64,000 nt of DNA, taken from Gammaproteobacteria bacterium (GTDB lineage Bacteria; Pseudomonadota; Gammaproteobacteria; Pseudomonadales; Pseudohongiellaceae). The translations under genes and the position numbers were made by a program. Shown here piece after piece: positions 1-8,442 of this stretch. A model generated the notes under the pieces. It searched no databases, had not been told where the DNA came from, and saw only the letters and a program-made list of their open reading frames with translations. Positions within the stretch are counted from its first letter, which is position 1; every line of letters starts with the position of its first letter. The stretch covers positions 4,964 through 68,963 of the forward strand of contig JAURWS010000044.1 in the NCBI GenBank assembly GCA_030654835.1. The letters run 5' to 3'.

Positions 1-1935
1 GATAAACGGGCGACCCTGCACAGGTGTTGGGGCCAGGAAGCTCTCCCCCCACGAGGCGCGCAATGCCAGCCCGTCCATGGCCTCCCAGCGCAGCGCCACT
101 TTCGGTGTTGTGGCCTTCAGCCCAAAGTCAGTAAACTCTTCATGGCGTACCGCAGTCTGCATCGACAATGATTCCAGAATCGGCACCTCCACTTCCAGGA
201 ACACCGCCCTGACCTGACTGAAATAAGTAGCGTCCTTGCGCACCGGTGTCGTTATATCAACGTTGTAATTGAGTCCAACGTTCGACAAGGGATTGGCGAA
301 GTCTTCGTTGGTCGTGTCTCGCCACTGGTAGCCCGTTGCCATTGAGACCGCGCCAGCAGGTAGATTAAACAGCTCACCAGTTATCGTGAACTCCGCGATA
401 TCAAGGTAATCACGGCTGGTAACCAGCTTGATCGGTTCATACATCCAGTCCATCATCTCCCGCGTGTTGCTGGTGACGCCTTCTTTGTACAAGGGGGAGC
501 GCGGATCAGAGCTGCCGAACGGGTTGAACCATTGATTGCCGGCGGGGCCGCCTTGGCCCATCAATGCAAGCTGCAGCTTTGCCAGATGCAGAGTACCAAC
601 CTTTGTGCGCGAGCGAGAAGCGCGCTGCTGCCTGGAGTAATAGGCATACCCCGTCCAGGTATCGGTCAGATCAAATGTTGTCCCCAGCTTGATGCGGTTG
701 GAGTTGGTAAGCGTGCCACCGGAGGTCTCTCCGAATTCGCTGATCCCGGGAGGGGTCACGCCCAGACCGGACGAAGGGCGCCACAACCACGGCGTCACAT
801 CGAAGCCGAAGGTATTTGCGGGATGCTTGGCGGGTATGAACAAGACGTTCCGATTGTTCGGATTCAACGCGGTGACCACCCCCATGGAACCCTCGTTCAT
901 CAGGTAGTTCAAATTGGCGGAAAGTTCGAAACGCAGCGAGTCTGTGGCTTCCCAGGTCAGATTCTGATACAGGTTGTACTCATTCATCCCTGTCGCATAA
1001 GGATAGGTCTGAGTGTAGTTGTACCAGCACGTTCTGTTGTTGCCAGTGCCAGTGATGATCCCACTGGGGATGGAGCCACGCTTGGTCCGATCCTCAAGCC
1101 CCTGATTGAATGTCCCGCAACTTGGATCTGGCAGGTTGCCTCCCAGTGAACGTCCACCGTGCAGCGCTCCCAGTCGTGGCGTAGCTCCTGTCACACGTCG
1201 ATAGGTGCCCGGGTTGCCCGAGCCGGACGAGCCGTCGGCCATCTCCCACTCTCTGGGGCGTTCATAGTACCCCAGTCGCGTGCGCTTGCGAGCATCGAAC
1301 GCGCCAACGTAATTGATGCCGTTGTCGAAACTTTTGCCCCAGAGCAAGGCGACATTGCCCTCTTCCATGCCGCCCTCTTCCGGCGTCTGATAATAAGCAC
1401 GTATGCGCAGTCCATCGAACTGCTTGATGGGAATCATGTTCACCACACCTGCGACAGCATCCGATCCGTACAATGCAGAGCCGCCATCGAGCACGATCTC
1501 GACGCGAGCAATGGCGATGTCTGGAATCATAGCGGTCACAGAGTTGTCAACGCTGCGCAAGCCGTCCACCATGCTCAGTGTGCTGTTCTCGCCAAGGCCG
1601 CGCAGATTGAAGGTCGCACCCGTGCTGCTTTGGGCCCCGTCATTGCCGCCCAAAACGTTCAGTACAACGTTGGTGTTCTGCGTAAAGCTCAAGTCCCGGA
1701 TGTAGTTCGCCATGCTTGGCGCCCCAGACTGGTAGAGTTCATCCTGGTTGATGGTCGCCACGGGCGAGTTCTGCGCGAACGCAGAGTTGCGGATGTAGGA
1801 GCCAGTTACCACTACTTCCTCTACCTCGGGGTCAGCAGCAGCCTGCGCCTGCACAAGCACGGGAAATGCGATGGAAGCAACAAGACAGGAATGAATCAGA
1901 TGACGCAGTCGCCCGCGCCGGGTGAAAGTATGCAT
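1..1935 (-). CDS. TonB-dependent receptor (C-terminal part runs off the left window edge)
   Basis: Absent from the ORF track because it has no stop in the window. My minus-strand translation from the ATG at 1935-1933 reads MHTFTRRGRLRHLIHSCLVASIAFPVLVQAQAAADPEVEEVVVTGSYIRNS..NLRGLGENSTL..DGGSALYGSDAVAGVVN.. It has a signal peptide and plug motifs, and the frame stays open to base 1. Confidence 0.85.
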   Translation of the reverse strand, partial: MHTFTRRGRLRHLIHSCLVASIAFPVLVQAQAAADPEVEEVVVTGSYIRNSAFAQNSPVATINQDELYQSGAPSMANYIRDLSFTQNTNVVLNVLGGNDGAQSSTGATFNLRGLGENSTLSMVDGLRSVDNSVTAMIPDIAIARVEIVLDGGSALYGSDAVAGVVNMIPIKQFDGLRIRAYYQTPEEGGMEEGNVALLWGKSFDNGINYVGAFDARKRTRLGYYERPREWEMADGSSGSGNPGTYRRVTGATPRLGALHGGRSLGGNLPDPSCGTFNQGLEDRTKRGSIPSGIITGTGNNRTCWYNYTQTYPYATGMNEYNLYQNLTWEATDSLRFELSANLNYLMNEGSMGVVTALNPNNRNVLFIPAKHPANTFGFDVTPWLWRPSSGLGVTPPGISEFGETSGGTLTNSNRIKLGTTFDLTDTWTGYAYYSRQQRASRSRTKVGTLHLAKLQLALMGQGGPAGNQWFNPFGSSDPRSPLYKEGVTSNTREMMDWMYEPIKLVTSRDYLDIAEFTITGELFNLPAGAVSMATGYQWRDTTNEDFANPLSNVGLNYNVDITTPVRKDATYFSQVRAVFLEVEVPILESLSMQTAVRHEEFTDFGLKATTPKVALRWEAMDGLALRASWGESFLAPTPVQGRPFI

Positions 1936-2326
1936 GCTTATCTCCAGATGTTGGCCTTTGCCGTGTGGACGACTCGGAACCTTTATTATTTTTGATATCA
2001 ACTGTTGCGCGCTTGCAAAGGCACTACTTGATTATCACTGGATGACTGCATGCAGGTCGCATATCCGGTACGTCGATAGACTACCACTACACCTTGTTCT
2101 GCAAGATGTGTACAGGAGTCTGCGGCAAAAGCAAGCTCAAAAACCTTCCATTCTATTTTTTCAGGGCATGCAGAAGGGAAATTCCTGTTCACAACAGTGA
2201 CTTTCAGAATGAGAAAAGGGGCGTCGACGGCTGCAACTGCCCCGCACCAAGGTTGGACGTGCGTGAAATCCACAATGGTTACTGGGTCACATCAACAATA
2301 CGGTCGGTTGGGACAATGTGCTGCGC

Positions 2327-2461
2327 TCATCGCCCACTACCGGCATTAATGTCCTGCATATCCATCAAACCCCGCGTGTCGAGGCGTTTGATGTGATTGA
2401 TTTCCTTGGTACACAATGGACACAGCCCATCGTAGTAGACCCGCAATGCAGACATCGACAT
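2327..2461 (-). pseudogene. N-terminal remnant of a DCC-family (DUF393) thiol-disulfide oxidoreductase
   Basis: A 44-codon ORF, MSMSALRVYYDGLCPLCTKEINHIKRLDTRGLMDMQDINAGSGR*, carries the family signature YYDGxCPLCxxE. It stops at about one third of the usual length of roughly 130 aa. Confidence 0.45.
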
Positions 2462-2529
2462 TTACCTCATGATTTCGAATATGCCTGTTCGATACGATCA
2501 GAGTAGTGGAAAGGATTACATTTGGGCCG

Positions 2530-2985
2530 CTACGAGTGGTTTTGCTCCGAAGGCTGCGCAGGCTTCTGCTCCCGGCGATGCCCTCCGAAAAGGTTGATCC
2601 TGCGATCCGTTTTCCTGCCAAACAGCATCATCTGGCGATGAAAACTGTCCGCCTCGTCGGGTCGCAGCACCACATCGAGCAGGAAGCAGATGACGCTGAT
2701 CGGACTCATCACCACATCACGGATGGCGTCGAGAGCCAGCTTGATCTGAAAGCGCAACAGGTGACGCAGCGCCGTCCAGAAGCGAACTTTTTTTGTTGTT
2801 GGAGCCTGTTTTGTTGTTGGCAAAGCCTGTTCAGTTGTCAAAGCGCAGTCCTCATGGTTGAAGCCCGAGTATGTCTCAAGGTCAGGAAAATGGACATTCC
2901 CCTGCGGCGAAGCTGGCTCTGGTCTGGTTCGGTCGAACAGTCCCTGCCACGCAGCAGTAAGCCAGTGATTCAGTTCTGTAAGCAT
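2530..2985 (-). CDS. hypothetical small membrane protein
   Basis: 151-aa ORF with a hydrophobic helix (MSPISVICFLLDVVL) and a short PTTK repeat. It lies directly upstream of, and co-oriented with, the DCC remnant. Confidence 0.5.
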   Translation of the reverse strand: MLTELNHWLTAAWQGLFDRTRPEPASPQGNVHFPDLETYSGFNHEDCALTTEQALPTTKQAPTTKKVRFWTALRHLLRFQIKLALDAIRDVVMSPISVICFLLDVVLRPDEADSFHRQMMLFGRKTDRRINLFGGHRREQKPAQPSEQNHS

Positions 2986-3032
2986 GCTGACTTACAGGAT
3001 AGAATCGCCGCAGAGCTGCTGAGCACCGTGTA

Positions 3033-3782
3033 ATGCCTGCCTCTAACCAGCAGCCTGCCGACACCATGACACTAAGATCGCCAATTTCCTCGATAGCCAC
3101 ACTCAGAGCCTTTCCATTCCGGGTCGGCATTGCCTTGCTGGCATTGCTGCTCTGCACCGTGAGTTTTGCCGCCGACGAGCCGGGTAGTCCAATCAACCCG
3201 GTGCGCCCCAACTTCGCGGGCAGCTGGGAGAAGGACTTTGCGCGCAGCGACAAGTGGGAAGCCGAGCTGCAGCGCACCATCGACGAGCTCAACCGGGACA
3301 TGCAGCGCGGGGGCACCGATGCCGGTGACTACAGCATGAGCGGCTCGCGGCGCCGGGCCGGGAACATCATCGCCAATGCGCGCCTGGCCGAGCTCATCAG
3401 TCGCCAGACCATCATGCGGATCACGCAGACCGGGGGCGAGGTGCGCATCGAGCGTCAAGGTGACGCGGCATTGATCTGCAGCACCGCCAACAATGTCGAC
3501 GACACCTTCAAGAGCGTGCACGGCACCGAATACTGTGGCTGGGATCGCCAGCAGCTGGTGTTCGAAATCATGCTGGCCGAGGGCGTGATCATCGAGCATC
3601 GCTTCAGCCTCGACACCGATGGCCAGACCATCAGCATGCTCACCAGCGTGTACGATCGCAACTCCACACCCTTCAATCTGATTACCTTCTTCAATCGCTA
3701 TGAGGCGCCGCCCGAGGGCTACAACTGCGTGCAGACACTCAGCAGAGGGCAGGTTTGCAGCGCGGCGGATCCCCAGCCATGA
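3033..3782 (+). CDS. hypothetical exported protein
   Basis: 249-aa ORF with an N-terminal hydrophobic signal-like segment (VGIALLALLLCTVSFAADE). Its stop overlaps the next start (ATGA). The true start may be the internal M at about 3066. Confidence 0.6.
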   Translation: MPASNQQPADTMTLRSPISSIATLRAFPFRVGIALLALLLCTVSFAADEPGSPINPVRPNFAGSWEKDFARSDKWEAELQRTIDELNRDMQRGGTDAGDYSMSGSRRRAGNIIANARLAELISRQTIMRITQTGGEVRIERQGDAALICSTANNVDDTFKSVHGTEYCGWDRQQLVFEIMLAEGVIIEHRFSLDTDGQTISMLTSVYDRNSTPFNLITFFNRYEAPPEGYNCVQTLSRGQVCSAADPQP

Positions 3783-4960
3783 GGTTCGCAATATTCCGTC
3801 ATCTCTGGTCTCGCGCCGGCGCCACGCCCCTGATCGCGTTGCTGACAATGCTGCTGACAGCCTGCGCGCAGAATCAGCCAGCGGAAGTCGTCGGCCCGCC
3901 TCCGGTCGGCAACGTGCAGCTGAACGTCGCGGCGCAGACTCCCAGCGAGGAGCGGCTGCTGAACATCGGCGTGCAGGTCTTCGACACTCGCGCCACTGAC
4001 GAACAGATCACCCAGGCCGGTGCGGCCATATTCGCCGAGATCCGCAGAGTCGAGACTCACTATCTCCCCGTAGTGCTGCGCAACACGCTGGTGGCCTCCA
4101 ATCAGTGGGGCGTCGTGCGCGTGCTACCCGAGACCGACCCCTCGGTAGACCTGCTGATTCAGGGCACCATCCTGCGTTCCGATGGCGCCAATCTCATTCT
4201 GCAGGTGCGCGCCACCGACAGCAGCGGCAAGGAATGGTTGAACCAGACCTACGTGGATACGGCGGGCAATGTCGACTATCCAGACTTCGTGCCCTCGCTG
4301 CGCGACCGCAGCACCACCACCAATCTCGAAGATCCCTTTCAGGACCTGCACGCGCAGATCGCCAACGACCTGCTCGCCGTCCGGGAAAGCATGGACTCGC
4401 AGGCACTGCTGGCGCTGGCGCAACTCACGCAGATGAAGTACGCAGGCGATCTCTCACCCGAGGCTTTCGGCTCGCTGCTGCAACCAGACGCGCAAGGTCT
4501 GCTGACGCTGCAACGGCTGCCCGCCACGAACGATCCGCTGCTGGAGCACGTGGCACAGATTCGCGCGCGCCACCACGTCTTCATCGACACCATCGACGAG
4601 TATTACGACGCGCTGCACCACGACCTCAAGCCGACCTATGATGTCTGGCGCCAGTACTCCCACGATCGGGTAGTGGAGGAAGAGGAGAGTGCTGCGAGCG
4701 CGGCCGCAGGGGGCACGTTGAGTGGCAGCGGCAGCTTCGAAGCGCTCAGCCAGAACTACAACCGCTACAAATGGGCGAAGATTTTCGAACAGGAATTCGT
4801 CGCGCTAGCCTCGGGATTCGTCAGCGAGACGGCCCCGGCCGTGTTGAAACTCAGTGAAAATGTCAATGGCCTGACCGGGCCGGTGGAAGAGCAGTATGCA
4901 CAGTGGCGAGTGCTGCTGCGCGAGCTGTTTGAGGTGGAGACGGCGGGGCTTTCTCAGTGA
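3779..4960 (+). CDS. hypothetical lipoprotein
   Basis: Begins MRFAIFRHLWSRAGATPLIALLTMLLTAC with an L-T-A-C lipobox. The ATG at 3779 overlaps the upstream stop. No family recognised. Confidence 0.65.
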   Translation: MRFAIFRHLWSRAGATPLIALLTMLLTACAQNQPAEVVGPPPVGNVQLNVAAQTPSEERLLNIGVQVFDTRATDEQITQAGAAIFAEIRRVETHYLPVVLRNTLVASNQWGVVRVLPETDPSVDLLIQGTILRSDGANLILQVRATDSSGKEWLNQTYVDTAGNVDYPDFVPSLRDRSTTTNLEDPFQDLHAQIANDLLAVRESMDSQALLALAQLTQMKYAGDLSPEAFGSLLQPDAQGLLTLQRLPATNDPLLEHVAQIRARHHVFIDTIDEYYDALHHDLKPTYDVWRQYSHDRVVEEEESAASAAAGGTLSGSGSFEALSQNYNRYKWAKIFEQEFVALASGFVSETAPAVLKLSENVNGLTGPVEEQYAQWRVLLRELFEVETAGLSQ

Positions 4961-5643
4961 CAACAGGATCAGTGACAACGAGAGGAGTGACAGCGGGAGC
5001 TAAGACGAAACGCCGAATTCTGCTAACCGGTTTCGAGCCTTTCGATGGCCGCGAGCACAACGCTTCGTGGATCGCCGTCAGTGCCCTGGCGCAACAACAT
5101 CCCCCTGGCGTGGAGCTGCGGGCAGCACTGATTCCCGTGTGCTGGGGTGCGCCGCGCCGCGTGCTCGACCCCATCATCGCCGAGTGGCAACCGCACGTCA
5201 TCATCGGCATGGGCGAAGGCGAAGCGGGCGTGTTCCGTCTGGAAACTATGGCGAACAACACGCGCCGTGAACGTGCCGATTACGACGGCAGGTTTCCCGA
5301 AGGCCGCGTCATTGACCCGCACGGTCCGCTGTGCCGAACCGCAAGTGCGGACTGTTCAACGCTTTGCAGGGAGCTGGCGGAGCGATGTATTCCCGTGCGC
5401 GTGTCGACAGATGCCGGCGCCTTCCTGTGCGAAGAATTGCTGTATACACTGGAGGGCATGCGCGCTGCGCAGGAGACGCTGGACACCGTGCTGTTTGTGC
5501 ATGTGCCGCCGTTCGGAACAGCGCTGGAATTTCGAGGTCAGCAGCGTGTGTGCGACGAGGCACTGCTGCTGGAATTTGCCAGCCTGTTGCTCGCCTGCGT
5601 GCAGGCGCTGCCGCATAAAAGTGTCAACTATCTATCCGAGTAG
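4957..5643 (+). CDS. pcp: pyroglutamyl-peptidase I (peptidase C15)
   Basis: Motifs ILLTGFEPFDG, DAGAFLCEELLY (catalytic Cys context) and FVHVP (His). The start is uncertain because three GTG codons sit inside a 15-bp tandem repeat. Confidence 0.8.
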   Translation: MTTGSVTTRGVTAGAKTKRRILLTGFEPFDGREHNASWIAVSALAQQHPPGVELRAALIPVCWGAPRRVLDPIIAEWQPHVIIGMGEGEAGVFRLETMANNTRRERADYDGRFPEGRVIDPHGPLCRTASADCSTLCRELAERCIPVRVSTDAGAFLCEELLYTLEGMRAAQETLDTVLFVHVPPFGTALEFRGQQRVCDEALLLEFASLLLACVQALPHKSVNYLSE

Positions 5644-5648
5644 TTTCA

Positions 5649-6074
5649 ATGCCACCGTCATCAGCAACATCAACAAACCCATCGACAAGACCCTGCCCCT
5701 GCGACAGCGGCAAACCCTTCGCGCGCTGCTGTGAGCCCTTCCTCACAGGCAAGGAAGCGCCGCGCACCGTCAAGCAGTTGATGCGCTCTCGCTACACCGC
5801 TTTCGCGCTCGGCGGGTATGGTAATTATCTGCATGCGACCTGGCATCCCAACACCGTGGGTATGGTGATGGCCGAGGATCTCGATGTCGCAGAAATACCC
5901 TGGGTTGGGCTGACGATCCTCGATGACGAACAGAAGGGCGATCGCGGGCGAGTGGAATTCAAGACACGTTACCGCGATGACGATGGCGTGGAGCATGTGC
6001 ACCACGAACACTCGGCGTTCCTGCGCGTGAACGGCAAATGGCTCTATCTCGAAGGCAAGGTCAGAGAAGAGTAG
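5649..6074 (+). CDS. ychJ: YchJ-family protein (SEC-C motif, UPF0225)
   Basis: N-terminal CPCDSGKPFARCC SEC-C metal-binding motif, followed by RSRYTAF. Confidence 0.8.
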   Translation: MPPSSATSTNPSTRPCPCDSGKPFARCCEPFLTGKEAPRTVKQLMRSRYTAFALGGYGNYLHATWHPNTVGMVMAEDLDVAEIPWVGLTILDDEQKGDRGRVEFKTRYRDDDGVEHVHHEHSAFLRVNGKWLYLEGKVREE

Positions 6075-6100
6075 AAAGGCCAGAGAAAGCCAGTGGCGAC

Positions 6101-7192
6101 CTAGCGCGCCGCCGCCAGCCCCGCGCTCTTGTCGGCGATACGCTGCAGCAATTGTCGCCACGACTTGACGAACGCCTCGGCGCCATCGCTTTGCAACTGC
6201 AGAGCCAGCGCCGCGATATCGATCCCTTCACGCTCGAACAAGGCGATGGTCGCTTGTGCCGCTGCAGCATCGGCGTGCATCACACCTCTGACATGGCCAT
6301 GATCGGCAAATGCCAGCAGCGTTTTTTCCGGCAGCGTGTTGATCGAGTCGGGTGCCACCAGCGCATCCACATACAGCGTGTCGGAAGCCGCCGGATCTTT
6401 GGTCCCAGTGCTCGCCCACAACAGCCGCTGCGGCCGTGCTCCCGCCGCACTCAACGCCTGCCAGCGTGGCGAACTCAACATCTCCTGCGCCGCCGCGTAA
6501 ACCTCTGCGCACACCACCAACCCGAGACGATTGTTAAGCGCTGGGGACACCTTGTCTTTCACCGCTGCATCCCAGCGGCTCACAAATACCGAGGCCACCG
6601 ATGCCACGTTTGCATCCAACCCCGCCTGCACACGACGCTCGATGCCGCGCAGATACGCCTCAAGCGCCGCACGATATTGCGCATAGGAAAACAGCAGGGT
6701 GACGTTGACGGGCACGCCTGCGAAAATTGCCTCTTCGATAGCTGGCAGACTCCCGGGGGTGCCAGGAATCTTCACAAACAGATTGGGGCGGGCGGCCTGC
6801 GTGTGAATCTGTTGCGCGGCAGCAAGACTGCCCTGCGTATCGCTGGCCAGCAACGGCGATATCTCCATCGACACCCAGCCATCTCTGCCCTGGGTCGCGG
6901 CGAACACAGGTGCGAACAGATCGGCGGCTCGCCGCAGGTCTTCCAGCGCCAGCTCGGTAAACAACGCTTCGCCGGACTTGCCCTCGGCACACTTGGCACG
7001 AATGGCGGCGTCGTAGGCCGTGCCACTGCCGATGGCGGCATCGAAGATACTCGGATTGGAGGTCAGCCCGGTGACGGAGAGTTCGCGGATGTAACGCGCC
7101 AGCGTGCCACTGTCCAGCAGGTCACGCGTGATGTTGTCGAGCCACAGACTTTGTCCGCTTTCTGTAGCCTGTCTGATTGCTGCTGTCGTCAT
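6101..7192 (-). CDS. tal: transaldolase
   Basis: 363 aa with LWLDNITRDLL, GLTSNPSIFD and FVKIPGT (Schiff-base Lys context). Confidence 0.9.
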   Translation of the reverse strand: MTTAAIRQATESGQSLWLDNITRDLLDSGTLARYIRELSVTGLTSNPSIFDAAIGSGTAYDAAIRAKCAEGKSGEALFTELALEDLRRAADLFAPVFAATQGRDGWVSMEISPLLASDTQGSLAAAQQIHTQAARPNLFVKIPGTPGSLPAIEEAIFAGVPVNVTLLFSYAQYRAALEAYLRGIERRVQAGLDANVASVASVFVSRWDAAVKDKVSPALNNRLGLVVCAEVYAAAQEMLSSPRWQALSAAGARPQRLLWASTGTKDPAASDTLYVDALVAPDSINTLPEKTLLAFADHGHVRGVMHADAAAAQATIALFEREGIDIAALALQLQSDGAEAFVKSWRQLLQRIADKSAGLAAAR

Positions 7193-8424
7193 GATGTTTT
7201 GCTCACTCGCATGTCGGCACCGCTCGGATGCTGGAACACCCGCAGGCCGAATTCCGGAAGAATCGCCAGCAGATGATCGAAGATGTCGGACTGGATGCGC
7301 TCATAGTCCGGCCACACCGTCGTATTGGTAAAGCAATAGACTTCCAGCGGCAGGCCGTCCGACGTCGGGTCCAGCTGGCGCACCAGCAGGTGCAGATCCT
7401 GCCGCACGCCGGAATGGTTGCGCAGATAGCAATCCACGTAGGCCCGGAAGGTGCCGATGTTGGTGATGCGCCGGGTATTCACCTGATCTCTGCCGCGCTC
7501 GGGCAGTTTGCTGTTCCACTCGGCGATCTCCGCCTCCTTGCCCTGCAGATAGTCCTGCAGCAGGCTGAAGCGATATAGATGCTGCAGCTCGTCGGCATTC
7601 AGGAAGTGGATACTGTTCTGATCGAGCAATACATGGCGCTTGATGCGCCGCCCACCCGCATCGCGCATCCCGCGCCAGTTCTTGAAGGAATCGGAGATGA
7701 AACGCTTGGTGGGAATATTGGTGATGGTCTTGTCAAAGTTCTGCACCTTGATGGTGTGCAGTGCGATGTCGATGACGTCGCCGTCGGCGTTGAGCTGGGG
7801 CATCTCCACCCAGTCGCCCACTCTGACAATGTCGTTGGAGGATATCTGCACGCTGGCCACCAGCGACAGCAGGGTGTCCTGAAAGATCAGGATCAGGACG
7901 GCAGCCATGGCACCGAGGCCCGACAGCAGAATCAGCGGCGAGCGGTCCAGCAGTGCGGCGACCACCAGAATCAGTGCAATCAGATAAATGATGATCCTGA
8001 CGACCTGCACATAGCCCTTGATCGGCTTCACGCGCGCCTTGGGTCGGCGCTCGTAGAGAGTTCCAATCAGCGACAGCACGCCACTGAGGGCCATCGCCAC
8101 CACCAGCGTGATCACACTCTGGCAGACATTGCGCACGACGATGACCAGCTCGTCCGGCAGCCCGGCGATGAAACCGATGCCCAGCGAAATGATCACCGAG
8201 GGAACAATATTGGCGAGGCGGGCAATGATGCGAGAATCGAACAGCGCCGAGTCGTCCCCCATCGGCGTGGCGCGCAAGGCGCTATACAGGCCGCGCACCA
8301 GAACGCGCTTCACGATCCAGTTGGCCAGCCAAGCTGCTACCAGCAGCAGGAGCACACTGAGCAGGGTATAGAGCTCTGGATAGCTTTCCAGCCATTCCAG
8401 AGCCGCATCGTATTGCGCTTGCAT
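7189..8424 (-). CDS. mechanosensitive ion channel (MscS family)
   Basis: N-terminal TM helices followed by the MscS beta-domain motif GDWVEM..GDVIDIALHTIKVQNFDKTITNIPTKRF. The ATG at 8424 is preferred over the TTG at 8439. Confidence 0.85.
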   Translation of the reverse strand: MQAQYDAALEWLESYPELYTLLSVLLLLVAAWLANWIVKRVLVRGLYSALRATPMGDDSALFDSRIIARLANIVPSVIISLGIGFIAGLPDELVIVVRNVCQSVITLVVAMALSGVLSLIGTLYERRPKARVKPIKGYVQVVRIIIYLIALILVVAALLDRSPLILLSGLGAMAAVLILIFQDTLLSLVASVQISSNDIVRVGDWVEMPQLNADGDVIDIALHTIKVQNFDKTITNIPTKRFISDSFKNWRGMRDAGGRRIKRHVLLDQNSIHFLNADELQHLYRFSLLQDYLQGKEAEIAEWNSKLPERGRDQVNTRRITNIGTFRAYVDCYLRNHSGVRQDLHLLVRQLDPTSDGLPLEVYCFTNTTVWPDYERIQSDIFDHLLAILPEFGLRVFQHPSGADMRVSKTS

Positions 8425-8442
8425 CCTGTTACCTGGCAATGA

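Noticed and set aside
532-1995. Plus-strand ORFs 532-1149 and 1159-1995
   Set aside because: They are antisense to the edge-truncated TonB receptor, which translates cleanly on the minus strand.
2029-2037. Possible Fur box upstream of the first TonB receptor (tgattatca)
   Set aside because: Only about 10 of 19 positions match the Fur consensus when extended, which is too weak to call.
6038-7276. 412-aa plus-strand ORF
   Set aside because: It is antisense to transaldolase and Arg-rich. It is a high-GC artefact.
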